A stretch of DNA of 64,000 nucleotides from Octopus sinensis. Its lineage: Eukaryota. Below the pieces are notes generated by a model. It made no database searches and was not told where the DNA came from. It saw only the letters and a list, made by a program, of their open reading frames with translations. Positions 37,658 through 50,497 of this stretch are shown piece after piece (position 1 is the stretch's first letter; each line of letters begins with the position of its first letter). The position numbers and the translations under genes were made by a program. The stretch is from assembly GCF_006345805.1 (NCBI RefSeq), contig NC_043017.1, positions 28,086,001-28,150,000 of the forward strand, read 5' to 3'.

Positions 37658-39706
37658 TATCTATATATAAGGGTGCGTTTGTGTTTGTGTGTACATATAA
37701 ATACAATATGCAATCGTCAAATTTACAACTATTCCAACACATCTTTAGGTTCTATTTCAAAATATTTTATAACTAATTTTACATCCCTTTAAGAATAAGC
37801 AATACAATATGTACCAATCCACTACAGCTGTTTCTAACAAGAATTAATTGATTAATGTAGAAATTACGTCATGCGAAAGGACCATTTTCAACCCGTGAAT
37901 ACGTGAATCACAACATTCAAAAAGCATTCGAAATCCAAAAGTTAGTGCGACTTCATGATTCTATCATCAGTGCATGAATACGATTAGAATTATGTACGTA
38001 TATACTTCGTATTTGTATAACACCCTCACCGAGTTTATTTCCACTCTTTTATTTATTTATTTTCCTATCTATTTATTTATTCCGGAAAGCTTTCTGAAAT
38101 AAATAAATGTTATATTTAGGCACTATGTCTCTCCTTCTTCGGTGTCACTGTCTTTGCTAGAAAGTTTGGCCAGAACATGCTGAAATTTCCTGTTTCAGTG
38201 TTATATAAGACAAAGGGCTATTACCGAATGTTGCTTTATATTATTTCGAATCTACAACTAAACAAATAACGCAACGACAAATATCTCAGCTAACCAACTT
38301 CTTTTGATCTGAAAATTTACGTGGTGGAAACAAAATAATTCTAAATAATTTTACAGAGCATCGCAGTCTTGACTGACTCACAGCCTTTCATGTAGATGTT
38401 GATGAAGCATTCGATTATAACTTCAGTCTGACTAATATTTATACAACCATTTTAAGAGAACTGTAATTTTCCTTTCATTTCTTCATTTCTAAACTACAAA
38501 AGAAATTTTCATTTTTATTTCCGGAGACATTCATAAATTTTACGAATCAGTCATATTAGAGAGATGACAGAGTATTTATATATATCACAGATACAACATT
38601 TATCATTTTCCAATCATCTTAAAAGATGCGTACTTACCAGAACAATATAATTATATTCTCAATATAATAACAGATCAATTCTTAACACTAATGAAATAAA
38701 CTTTCGCTCAAAGTCAGCTTTTTAAAAATGAGACCAGCATTTTATTAGTCACCTAAAAATGTCTGTCTAAACGTTGAATTTCTTAAGTAGTATAACAGTA
38801 ATAGCTATTTTAAACATCGACAGATGTTCTTTGCCCATACATCATCGTCTGGTCTTTGTCACTAAACATACATTTACTTAAATAAATTGCTTCCTTAACA
38901 AATTAAATTCACATAATCAGACAGTAGAGTTAACATATTTTCGCCGTTCCACTTCCCTCTCACACACACTCTCTATCTCTCTCTCGTCCCACATTAACAC
39001 ACACATACGTGTGAGTGTATGTATGTATGTATGTATGTGTGTGTGTGTGTGTGTGTGTGTAAAACATTGTAATCTGTCTGTTCGTAATTCAGCCCCTCTT
39101 CACTCTTCTACATCGTTTGATAATTTATTTAGTAGAATAAAAGTAACTTTGATTGTCTTTCAACTTTTGACACACACACAGAGGCACATATAGACATATA
39201 TAGAGAGAGCAATTTATACAAGTATATATATCTTAGTATGTAGGTAGGTATGTACGTAACTCTGTATAAACGTATGTACGTATATACGAGCGTATATATG
39301 TAACGAGGCACGTACAGTCTTACATTTTATAAATGGCCTGACTATTTACTGTTCAACATACTGTCAAAACGCCTGAATATAAAGTCAATACCATCAATCT
39401 CCATTCACCCGTAACTAATATTCTATCGTAACAGAATCAACACCCTCACCACTACCTATTTTGATGAAGCTGTCTGAGAATTGCCAAAAGCTAAGGCTAT
39501 CCATTCTTGACACCTAAAATCGAATATTAATAAATTTCCATTCAGCAGATTCTAAGCAGGTTCGTCTTCGGTATTTAAGAATGTACAACAACCATCGTAT
39601 TAACAACTTGCTTGACAGGGTTTCGGAAGAGGAATTTAAGGGATTAAAAGCAATCTTTATGTATAGCTTAATGTGGACACTGTGCTAGAAAATAGAATAA
39701 TAATTT

Positions 39707-39750
39707 ACACAACGTTTTGGCTGATATACCCTCCAGCCTTCATCGGGTGT
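39707..39750 (-). ncRNA. Minimal type I hammerhead-like fold, second family (two core substitutions)
   Basis: Minus strand reads ACAC-CCGATGA-A-GGCTG-gagggtatat-CAGCC-AAAAC-GT-T-GTGT. It has stem I ACAC/GTGT, 5-bp stem II and an ACGT palindromic stem III, with U4C and G12A. The homolog at 40806 (+) has intact CTGATGAAGGC. Confidence 0.55.
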
Positions 39751-39758
39751 CTTGGGGA

Positions 39759-39790
<32 letters not shown>

Positions 39791-39970
39791 GGCGCAGGAG
39801 TGGCTGTGTGGTAAGTAGATTGCTAACCAATCACATGGTTCCGGGTTCAGTCCCACTGCGTGGCATCTTGGGCAAGTGTCTTCTGCTATAGCCCCGGACC
39901 GACCAATGCCTTGTGAGTGGATTTGGTAGACGGAAACTGAAATAAGCCTGTCGTTATGTATATATATATA

Positions 39971-40032
<62 letters not shown>

Positions 40033-40260
40033 TGTATGTATGTATGTGTGTGTTTGTCCCCCTAGGCATTGCTTGACAACCGATGCTGGTGTGTTTACGT
40101 CCCCGTCACTTAGCGGTTCAGCAAAAGAGACCGATAGAATAAGTACTGGGCTTACAAAGGATAAGTCCCGGGGTCGATTTGCTCGACTAAAGGCGGTGCT
40201 CCAGCATGGCCGCAGTCAAATGACTGAAACAAGTAAAAGAGTAAGAGAGTAAAGAGTAAA
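39791..40260 (+). mobile_element. SINE family A
   Basis: Full head GGCGCAGGAGTGGCTGTGTGG preceded by (TAA)9 at 39761-39787, with a (GAGTAA)n tail. Confidence 0.9.
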
Positions 40261-40699
40261 TTGACACGAGTATTCCCTGTGATCACAATATAGCGGCGAA
40301 AGAATTTGACAAGATTAGTAAATATAAAGACCTGCTAATAGAAATTGAAAAAATGTGGCATCTCAAGGCGACTACAGTACCAGTGATTGTAGGATCTCTA
40401 GGAATGATAAAAAAAAAAGGTACTGAAACATATTTGAAAATGATTCCAGGCTTACCATTCCTACAGGAAGTGCAAACAATGGTATTAACTGGAATGGCTC
40501 ATGTACTGAGAAGAGCACTATCGCTGTGTAAACAACATCCATCCATGAATTCATTTATTTATTAATTTTTAAATACATATTCTATCTGTGAATTTGCGTG
40601 TGTAATCTGGAAATGCATACAATGAGCTTCCCTGCCCTAGGTGTATGGAAAACACTCGGCGAGAAACGGAAGAAAATTTGAAGAAAGAAGGAAAAAACA
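40261..40699 (+). mobile_element. R4/Dong-clade non-LTR retrotransposon 3' end (restriction-like endonuclease C-terminus plus 3' UTR)
   Basis: Reads IDTSIPCDHNIAAKEFDKISKYKDLLIEIEKMWHLKATTVPVIVGSLGMIKK, then (frameshift in the A-run) GTETYLKMIPGLPFLQEVQTMVLTGMAHVLRRAL. This fits the REL motif ID..IP.D.N...E..K..KY..L. It ends in (TAA)4 at 40700-40711. Confidence 0.8.
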
Positions 40700-40816
40700 T
40701 AATAATAATAATATTAAGAACAACAACAACGAAAAATACCTTAGGAATGAGAACCCTAAATATAAAACGGTATGAGAACCCAGGTTCGAAATTTCCCCAA
40801 AATGCCTGATGAAGGC

Positions 40817-41077
40817 CAGTTTCCCAGTTTCCTTGTCGTATAGGTTCCCCACCTGGACAGGACGCCGGTCCGTCGCAGGTGAGCTGCAAGATGCAGGAGG
40901 AAAGAGTGAGAGAAAGTTGTGGCGAAAGAGTCAGCAGAAATTCGCCATTACCTTCTGCCGGTGACACGTGGAGCTTAGGTGTTTCGCTAATAAGCACACA
41001 CATCGCCCGGTCTGAGATTCGAACCCGCGATCCCTCGACCACGAGTCCGTGCTCTAACTACTCGGCCATGTGCCTCC
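40817..41077 (-). mobile_element. SINE family C variant (tail type iv)
   Basis: Reverse complement head GGAGGCACATGGCCGAGTAGTTAGAGCACGGACTCGTGGTCGAGGGATCGCGGGTTCGAATCTCAGACCGGGCG. Confidence 0.8.
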
Positions 41078-42189
41078 ACGTTGGTGTGTTTAGGTCTCCG
41101 TAAATTAGCGGTTCGGCAAAAGAGAACGATAGAACAAGTGCTGGGCTTAAAAAGCAGTAAGTCTAAGATCGATAAGTTTGACTAAAAACTTCTGAAGGCG
41201 GTGCCCCAGCATGGAAGAAACAAACCTTTTCTTTCATAACTTCCTCATATTTCAAAAACTGAAGACGACCATTTGAGATAATCATTAAAGCGCCAGAAAT
41301 AAAGGAGCTCGATATTTGTTTAAGTTCTATATATACTGAGTTCTAATCTCACCGATGTCAACTTCGTTCTTGCAAGGTCTAGAAAATAAAGTATCACTTA
41401 AAAACAGAGATCAGTTGTCCCTTAAAAAAGAAACCCCTATAAAGGCGTTGAACCAAACAAAATATTTAACGGCATTTCAGCTGATTCTCTACCCACTGAG
41501 TTTAAATTCCACCGAGGTCGACTCTACTTTTCACGAGTATCGTGGTGTAGCTAAAAAGAAATAACAGCTGACCGTCGAGATCGTCATAATACATTGCCCT
41601 ATTCCCTCAAAATCGCTGACCCTGTGACAAAACTGGAGCTACACATGATTCACGTATTTACCAAAGAATACATTTATCTATACGATCCTACTTCCGCTAA
41701 TTGTCGATTTCCAAAATATCAGCGCTAAATCTTTTGACGTTTTTGAATCAATGGCGTTTCTTTCTCTTTTTCAATTCGATACTCGTATATAATTGTCTTC
41801 CTCTTAGATATAAATTCATTTGATTTGCTTGTTTTCTTTTTTTAACAAATTATATGAAACTAGAACCCAACAATTTCACGTGCCATCTTTTATTAATTCC
41901 AAGGGTTTTCATTTTACATTAACAAAACATAAATTAATATTTTTTTTTTTTCTTTTATTCTTCAATCATTTTGAATCCATTTCTGATTTCATTTTATAAC
42001 TGACCGGCAGATGGAGCTGTAGATTCAATTTGACATTAGTTTTGACATTTTCATTTGCATTTTCGAAAGTATTCCGTTCTCTCTTCCATTATTTTCCGTT
42101 TTGTTTTATTGCTTTTTCCAATGACTATTTCGTTTTAACTCCCGAAGATATTGACTAGATTTAGAAAGCTATACTAATATTTCAAATAT

Positions 42190-42201
42190 ATACGTATACA
42201 C

Positions 42202-42251
<50 letters not shown>

Positions 42252-42640
42252 GCATGTTTGTATACACATGTATATCTGTGCATATATACATATTTATATA
42301 AATATATATCTATACATATATACATATGTAAATTTATATGCATATATATATGCATGTATATATATGCTTATATATGCATATATATATATATATATATGCA
42401 TGTATATATATGCTTATATATGCATATATATATATAATATATGCATATATATATTATATGCATATATATATATGCATATATATATATGCATATATATATA
42501 TGCATATATATATATGCACATATATATATGTACATATATATATATGTATATATATGTATATATGCATATATATATGTGTATATGCATATATATATATATA
42601 TGTATACATATATATGTATATATGCATATATATATATAAT
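42190..42640. repeat. TA/ATGC compound microsatellite
   Basis: Repeated atgcatatatat units. Confidence 0.9.
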
Positions 42641-43176
42641 GAAAGATATAATACAAGAATGTCCAAATAATGGCAGACATGATGGATTTCCAGTCGTAGT
42701 AATTAAAGGCAGTTTATTTCACTTGTCAATTTATCAAAATGAATGCATCTATCATTTATTGTTGAATGTAAAAGTTGAATCCCAAGGCAATGCGTTCATT
42801 ATCGCACTTCTGAAATTCGTCAAGTTTACGTCGAGTCATTTTCAATGACAGTATTTCATATTTGTTCAAGTATAACACACACAAGGATACTAACGCACAC
42901 ACACACACACACACACACACAATATCATACACTCAAGCATAAGCGTAGGCTCATCTGCAAACTGATATAGAAAAACGTTGTAACCCAATGTCATACGTTC
43001 ATACACATATACGAATATGACTATGCAGATATACACACATATATATACATATATAAATAAATATGTATGTGCTTCTTCATACAATTTACAATATGTGTAT
43101 ATGAGTGCATATGTTATCTAAGTATCGTAAGTTATTATAATGCAATCATACATATATATATATATTATATTATATA

Positions 43177-43342
43177 CATGGAGGCGCAATGGCCTAGCGG
43201 TTAGGGCCCGGACTCGCGGTTGTAGGATCGCGGTTTCGATTCCCAGACCGGGCGTTTGTGAGTGTTATTGGGCGAAACATCTGATAGCCTGGTCGGTCGT
43301 CGCGGTGATCACGGTGATATATATATATATATATATATATAT

Positions 43343-43381
<39 letters not shown>

Positions 43382-43991
43382 CACGCACACATACATACTG
43401 TAATTATTCGGCATATCGTGCTTCACATATAGCTTACTCAATACATCGCGGGTTTTTCTGGCTAATACGTGTAAATTTATATCACGGACTCCTCAGTATA
43501 TCGCGGGTTTCATTGGCTGGTACGTATTTCTATGATATTGGATTTCAATTATTTCTGTGGAAATTTTGGAAACGTAACACCCGCGATAATTGAGGGGGTT
43601 ACTGTATGTGACCGCGTGTGTATCGTTTAGCGATTTTGTTTTCTCCGTCTTCCTTCTCTGGAATTTCTCTCTATTTCTATTTCTGATGAAGCTCCGCTCG
43701 AAACGTGAAACACCATTCTTTTCTTTCCTTTCCTGAGCGTCCAGTAACACTGTACTTATTCCACTTCCTCGCGTTGTTGTTTTTTCTTGCTTGTTCCTGT
43801 TTGGATTGACTATATATGTATATATATATATATATTACAGAGTAAGCACATGAATACGAAACAAGGTGGAAAAAATAGTAGTCGAATACCAGAGGTAGAG
43901 TAATATGCTTTATTAAAACACAACAAAAATATAAAAAATGTTACTCAGAGTTTTTATAATATTTTTGCTACTTTTTTAATAAAGTATATAT

Positions 43992-44025
<34 letters not shown>

Positions 44026-44421
44026 GTGGAGACGCATGGCTCAGTGGTTAGAGCGCCGAGCTTACGATCGTGAGGTTGTGAGTTCGAATCCCGGACCGGG
44101 CCGCGTGTGTGTTCTTGAGCAAAGCACTTTATTTTCACGTTGCTCCAGTTTCNNNNNNNNNNNNNNNNNNNNNNNNNNNNNNNNNNNNNNNNNNNNNNNN
44201 NNNNNNNNNNNNNNNNNNNNNNNNNNNNNNNNNNNNNNNNNNNNNNNNNNNNAGATATATATAATTCATGGAGGCGCAATGGCCCTAGCGGTTAGGGCAG
44301 CGGATCGCGGTTGTAGGATCGCGGTTTCGATTCCCAGACCGGCGTGTGATAGTGTTTATGGGCGCGAAACTCTGATAGCCTGGTCGGTCGCGGTGATCAC
44401 GGTGATATATATATATATATA

Positions 44422-44470
<49 letters not shown>

Positions 44471-45243
44471 ATACGCACACATACATACTGTAATTATTCG
44501 GCATATAGTGCTTCACATATAGCTTACTCAATACATCGCGGGTTTTTCTGGCTAATACGTGTAAATTTATATCACGGACTCCTCAGTATATCGCGGGTTT
44601 CATTGGCTGGTACGTATTTCTATTGATATTGGATTTCAATTATTTCTGTGGAAATTTTGGAAACGTAACACCCGCGATAATTGAGGGGGTTACTGTATGT
44701 GACCGCGTGTGTATCGTTAGCGATTTTGTTTCTCCGTCTTCCCTTCTCTGGAATTTCTCTCTATTTCTGATGAAGAGCTCCGCTCGAAACGTGAAACACC
44801 ATTCTTTTCTTTCCTTTCCTGAGCGTCCAGTAACACTGTACTTATTCCACTTCCTCGCGTTGTGTTTTTTTCTTGCTTGTTCCTGTTGGATTGACTATAT
44901 ATGTATAATATATATATATTACAGAGTAAGCACATGAATACGAAACAAGGTGGAAAAAATAGTAGTCGAATACCAGAGGTAGAGTAATATGCTTTATTAA
45001 AACACAACAAAAATATAAAAAACTGTTACTCAGAGTTTTATAATATTTTTGCTACTTTTAATAAAGTATATATATATATTTATATATTATAATATATTAT
45101 ATATATATATATATGTGGAGGACGCATGGCTCAGTGGTTAGAGCGCCGAGCTTACGATCGTGAGGTGTGTGTGAGTTCGAATCCCGGACCGGGACGCGTG
45201 TTGTGTCTTGAGCAAAGCACTTTATTTCACGTTGCTCCAGTTC
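43177..45243. other. Scaffold gap (100 N, 44153-44252) flanked by a near-identical duplication of about 976 bp (43177-44152 vs 44267-45243)
   Basis: Both copies have the same order: deleted SINE C, Tigger-like TIR end, hammerhead-bearing repeat, SINE D head. They differ mostly by small indels, as expected for overlapping contig ends. Confidence 0.9.
44767..44797 (+). ncRNA. Minimal type I hammerhead-like fold, third family (homologs at 43683 and 62845)
   Basis: ttt-CTGATGA-A-GAGC-tcc-GCTC-GAAAC-GT-G-aaa. The 62841-62875 copy reads gttt-CTGACGA-A-GAGC-tcc-GCTC-GTAAC-GT-T-agac. Confidence 0.55.
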
Positions 45244-45462
45244 ACTCAGCTGTAGAAATGAGTGGCGACGTCACGGGTGCCAAGCTGTATCGACCTTTGT
45301 CTTTCCTTGGATATCCACATGGTGGCGTGGAGAGGGGAGGCCGGTATGCATGGGCGACTACTGGTCTTCCTAAAAACAACCTTGCCCAGACTTGTGCCTC
45401 AGAGGGTAACTCTCTAGGTGCAAACCCATGGTCACTCATGACCGAAGGGGGTCTTTACCCCT
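45118..45462 (+). mobile_element. SINE family D
   Basis: tRNA-like head GCATGGCTCAGTGGTTAGAGCG..GAGTTCGAATCCCGG and core GTTGCTCCAGTTCACTCAGCTGTAGAAATGAGT. Confidence 0.82.
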
Positions 45463-45503
45463 TTATATAGATAGATATGTGTGTGTATGTATGTATGTAT
45501 ATG

Positions 45504-45575
<72 letters not shown>

Positions 45576-46709
45576 AAGAAAGAGAAACATGTAATTGCGT
45601 GAGTATGCTGAGTGTCTGTCTATGTTTTATATATGTGTTTGTAGTCCCCTGTAGCTTCGTTAGTGTCCATATATGAGTTGGTAGTCACTTTCCTGCAAGT
45701 GTCGCTGCGTGAACGAAAATGGCGACATCGTATGGAGACGATTCCATGTAGCTTCGTTGGTTTTACGGCTTCTGAAAACCAGTGGAAGAATACCTCCCTT
45801 CAAGACATATGCTCACAACAGCTGCGGCAATCTGCCTTGACTACCATCTTAAATTTTTTTGACAAACCCTTGTGTGTACATGTGTGTGTGCGTATGTGCG
45901 TGTGTATGGAATCATCACAGTTACATTTACATTATCTGGTGCACAAGTGAATACGCTCTTTAGAGTGGATAGAAATATATTTATTACAAAAATGTGGCCT
46001 GTCTACTTTGACCTTTGCCCTTCGATTAGCTGTTCATGATTGGTGATTAGCTAAGCTTTTTTCTTACTGTTGATGGACTTGAAACATTTTTGCCTGTGCT
46101 GCAGTTTTTTTTTTTTTAGGAGCGCTTCCAAGAATGGTATGAACAGTGGATGTTTCGCTTTTACTTGTTACTCCTTAAATTCTTTAGGAATAACCACACT
46201 AACAAATGTTATTTGTAATTTCTTCGTAAAGCTCTGTTGTTATCAGGTAAATCACATCTCCAGGATTTCTATGATTGGTCAGCGTAGAATTACTCTGTTG
46301 CTGCTAATGGCTTGCCTATTCTCAAGAATATCAATATAAGGAATTTTGTCATTCTATAGCATTCCAAATGCGTTGTGATTAAAGAATACAGAAGGCTTTC
46401 ATGGCACAGATCTGCTTTCTTTATAGCTGCACAGCGTTAACGCTATGTATAATATACAACAGAGTTAAATAAGAGGCAGCTTAATAATACAAAGACTCGT
46501 GGAAAAGAATTCTCCTTAGTCTGATCAAGTCAAGCATGAAGGTACCTAATCACATAAGGTAATTGTTTGAGTGTGTTAATTAGCACTTCTACGGATATCA
46601 CATCGCTAACGATGCTGCTTTTTAAATAGTTGAAACAAGTGGCGTAGTCTAAGACTTGGTTCTCGAAGAGGGTGGTAATAGAAGAGCAGTATAACTATAG
46701 CTATAAGCG

Positions 46710-47027
46710 GCACTCCGTCGCTTACGACGACGAAGGTTCCAGTTGAACCGATCAACGGAACAGCCTGTTCGTGAAATTAACCTGGAAGTGGCTGAAGACT
46801 CCGCAGACAGGCTTACCTTTAACGTAATTCTTAGGGAGATTCAGCGTCACACAGAGTGTGACACGGTTGGCCGCTGTGAAATAAAAGTACTACTCGTTTT
46901 GCCAGCTGAGTGAACTGGAGCAACGTGAAATAGTATGTCTTACTCAAGGACAAAATCCGCTGAGAATCGCACTTGAGACCTTACGATCATGACCCGAATA
47001 CCTGTCCACTAAGCCATGCAACTTCAC
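46710..47027 (-). mobile_element. SINE with a family D head and core and the type i tail of family C
   Basis: + strand GGCACTCCGTCGCTTACGACGACGAAGGTTCC..AACGGAACAGCCTG is joined to GCCAGCTGAGTGAACTGGAGCAAC..CCACTAAGCCATGC. Confidence 0.75.
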
Positions 47028-47504
47028 AGGATGAGCATTAAGATTCTAACAAATAATCTCTCAGCTGATGGTGACAATTTTAGCACCAAGCGAACCTTCA
47101 CTATCTGAAGGATAAGACGGACCAGCAGTGCTGGTTGAATATCAGTTTGTTTAAAGAATTGTGAAATTTGAACCCAAGAAATCATTCTAAAAATCTACTT
47201 AAATGACGCTATAAATGATAGAATTTTAACTCAGGACGTAAAGACAGACGAAACACCGGCTCGCCAACATTTCTGCTAGCCTTAGCGAGTGTGTGTGTGA
47301 GTGAGTGTTTGTGTGTATATATGTCTGTGTGTGCGTGTTCGCTCGTGCGTGTGTGTGTGTGTGTGTGTACATATTCATAAAAGTTTATCTGTATATATGT
47401 AGCTGCATATGTATGTGTAAATCTGAAGATAGACAATTTTCTTAGCTATCATCGCGTCTTGTGTAAATAAATTTGCGTCTATCACTTGTTTCTATGCGCA
47501 TGTA

Positions 47505-47912
47505 TACTCTTTTACTTGTTCCAGTCGTTCGACTGCGGCCATGCTGAAGCATCGCCTTTTAGTCGAGCAAATCGACCCCAGGACTTTGTAAGTCTAGTAC
47601 GTATTTTATTGTTTTTTTTTTGCCGAACCGCTAAGTTCCGTGAACGCAAACACGCCAGCATCGGTTGTCAAGTGATGCTGGGTGGGTGGGGAACAAACGC
47701 AGACACACAAACATATAGACGCACACATATATACACACATACATATATACGACGGGCTTCTTTCAGTTTCCGTCTACCAAATCGACCCACAAGACTTTGG
47801 TCGGCCCGAGGCTACAGTAGAAGACACTTGCCCAAGGTGCCAGGCAGTGGGACTGAACCCGGAACCATGTAGTTGGTAAGCAAGCTATTTACCACACACC
47901 CACTCCTGCGCC
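47505..47912 (-). mobile_element. SINE family A
   Basis: Full-length reverse-complement copy ending CACTCCTGCGCC. Confidence 0.88.
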
Positions 47913-49140
47913 TATATATATATATATATTTTTCTGTGCACTTGTATGGCAAACTGCCAACGAATATGATAAACATCAGTTTTCCACTACACCAATGGAC
48001 CTGTTGAATATATCAATCAAACAAACAATAAAAGCAGAGAAGGGATCTAATTGTAAATTTACTGTCTTGGCCGACAATAGAACGGAAAATATTAAATACA
48101 TCAATAATACAAATGCACTGTAAATATTCACGCCAAACTGCACTGCATGTCGCTATAAGCAATAGGCGTTTATTAAATATACATGTTCATTGAAAAACGT
48201 AATGCCGAAACATGTATGTGATAAATTATTACATGAGGTGTAACTGCTTTACAAATGGCTGCACCAGTCGTACCTGGATGCTAAATTTGACTAAGTACAG
48301 CAATATCAGAACGAGAATATTTATAATGATTGAATGAGAAGCTTAATGAATGAAGAACGTGGGATATTTATTCTCCAAAATTAATAGTTCGATCGATAAC
48401 TGACACCATAAAATTCTACATAAGGGATCAATTAAATGAAAATGATATGCATAAGATAATGAACCCGTGTAGTTGTGGTGCAGAATATTTAAGGAAAGAC
48501 ATGAATGCGGGTTTCGAGTATTCGTGCCCCACTGGTTAACGCCAATTAAATTTAAGAGAGGCATGAAATTATATCGTTATGTTATTTTAATGGTTGTTAT
48601 ATTAAGTCGTTTCACGAAATATGTTACGTATCAGTTTCAAATCTCCATAAGACAGAGCATATATTCTCAGTTGAGGATGTAAGCTCATTGTCTATATATG
48701 TAATATGCATGTAACATCCTTGTATATGTATATAAATTATCTATAGATGAGATCCAGAGTTTCTCAATATAGAAAACATTTAGTAGTACTCAAAAGATTA
48801 ATACTTTGATCCCGATGTCTTCACGGGGAGGGGATAATTCCACTGGATAATGAATAGTTATAAGAAGGATGAAGTTGAGCAGATGTGGAGGCAATTATGA
48901 GGATAAATAAATTAGGTATATTCAACGTAACAGTTTGGGTATGAAATACAAAATATACTTTTATTCTATTATTCTTATATGTTTCAGTCCGGAGGTTGTG
49001 GCCATGGTGGGACACCGCCAGTGTAAAAAGAATTGACCGAAATTGTTAGATTCAATATACCTAATTTGTTTATCAGCATAAGTGGTTTTATTCATACACA
49101 CACCAACAAAAGCTCACACACTCTGTCCTGGTAATATTTA

Positions 49141-49348
49141 TTTCAAATTTTGGCAGAAGACCAGACAGTTCGGGTGAGAGAGTAAGTCGATTACATCGAC
49201 CCCAGTATTCGACTGGTACTCTTTATCGACACCTAAGTATGAAAGGCCAAGTCGACGTCGGTGGAATTCGAACTCAGAACGTGAAGACGAACGAAATGCC
49301 GCTAAGCATTTTACCCTGTGTGGTAACGATACTGCCAGCTCGCTCGCT
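49141..49348 (-). mobile_element. SINE family B (tail 2)
   Basis: Reverse complement of head, core and a CTTCTGCCAAAATTTGAAA-type tail. Confidence 0.75.
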
Positions 49349-49384
49349 TCTGTCCTAGAAATATTGTAGGCAGCAACAACGCGG

Positions 49385-49880
49385 TGGAAACCCAATGGCC
49401 CAGTGGTTAGGTCAGCGGACTCGCGGTCGTAAGAACGCGATTTCGATTCCTAGACCGGACATTGTGAGTGTTTATTGAACAAAAACACTTAAGCTCCACG
49501 AGGCTCCGGCGGGGGTCAGAGGTGAACCCCATTGTACGCTTTCACCACAATTTTCGTTCACTCTTTCTTACTACTTCTACCACAAAGCAAAAGGACCGCG
49601 GTGTAACCCACTATGGTTTGGTGAAATTTCAGACCCTAGTCTAGATTGGGAATCCTCTGTACTCCAGGATGGTTCAGCTCTCCACCCGTTAAAAAAACCA
49701 CCGTTTACGGAATGAGGATAGCAACGTAGCTTTCGCACCCGTGCAACCGCCAGTCTATTGCGTGTGGTGGGTGGATCTTCAAGTTGCCACACGCATTCTT
49801 AGTAGCTTAGAGTAGGCTCGAATTAGAGATTATTCTTTGTGGCCAATGGCGTGAGTCTTGATTGGAAGAAGAAGACAACA
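49385..49880 (+). mobile_element. SINE family C with a long RTE-like tail (type v)
   Basis: Family C head and body followed by about 300 bp ending GGCCAATGGCGTGAGTCTTGATTG(GAA)n. Confidence 0.6.
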
Positions 49881-50122
49881 GCGCGGCGGAATGGCTGATT
49901 CGTTAGATGAGTGGAGAAAATGTTTAGCGGCATTTCATCCACTTTTAAATCCCACCGATGACAATTATGCTTTTCATCCTTTAGAGGTCGATAATATAAG
50001 TACCAGTGGAAAACTGGGGTCGAAGTAATCCCTTCTTTAAAATTGCTGGTCTTATGCTAAGAGTTGAAACCCACATTTTTGGGAGCAAATTGATTAACTT
50101 CTCTAGCACCAGAATCTCGAAT

Positions 50123-50497
50123 TGTGGAAGCACTCCGTTGGTTACGACGACGAGGGTTCCGGTTGATCCGATCAACGGAACAGCCTGCTCGTGAAATTAA
50201 CGTGTAAGTGGCTGAGCACTCCGCAGACACGTGTACCCTTAACGTAGGATATTCAGTGTGACACAGAGAGTGACAAACCCGGCCCTTTGAAATATAGGTA
50301 CAACAGAAACAGGAAGTAAGAGTGAGAGAAAGTTGTGGTGAAAGAGTACAGCAGGGATCACCACCATTCCTGCCGGAGCCTCGCGGAGCTTTAGGTGTTT
50401 TCGCTCAATAAACACTCACAACGCCCGGTCTGGGAATCGAAACCGCGATCCTATGACCGCGAGTCCGCTGCCCTAACCACTGGGCCATTGCGCCTCC
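50123..50497 (-). mobile_element. SINE family C (tail i) with a 12-bp target-site duplication
   Basis: AGAATCTCGAAT occurs at 50111-50122 and 50498-50509. The insertion lies at the tail end of a degenerate SINE B (about 49905-50085). Confidence 0.92.

Noticed and set aside
44028-45200. tRNA-like sequences (GGCTCAGTGGTTAGAGC..GTTCGAATCCC) as tRNA genes; also family A and C heads
   Set aside because: They continue into SINE bodies and lack a proper acceptor stem and Pol III terminator. They are tRNA-derived SINE heads.
43177-45243. Apparent biological tandem duplication of about 976 bp
   Set aside because: The copies sit on either side of a 100-N gap and differ mainly by small indels, typical of overlapping error-prone contig ends. 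Treated as an assembly artefact unless spanning reads show otherwise.
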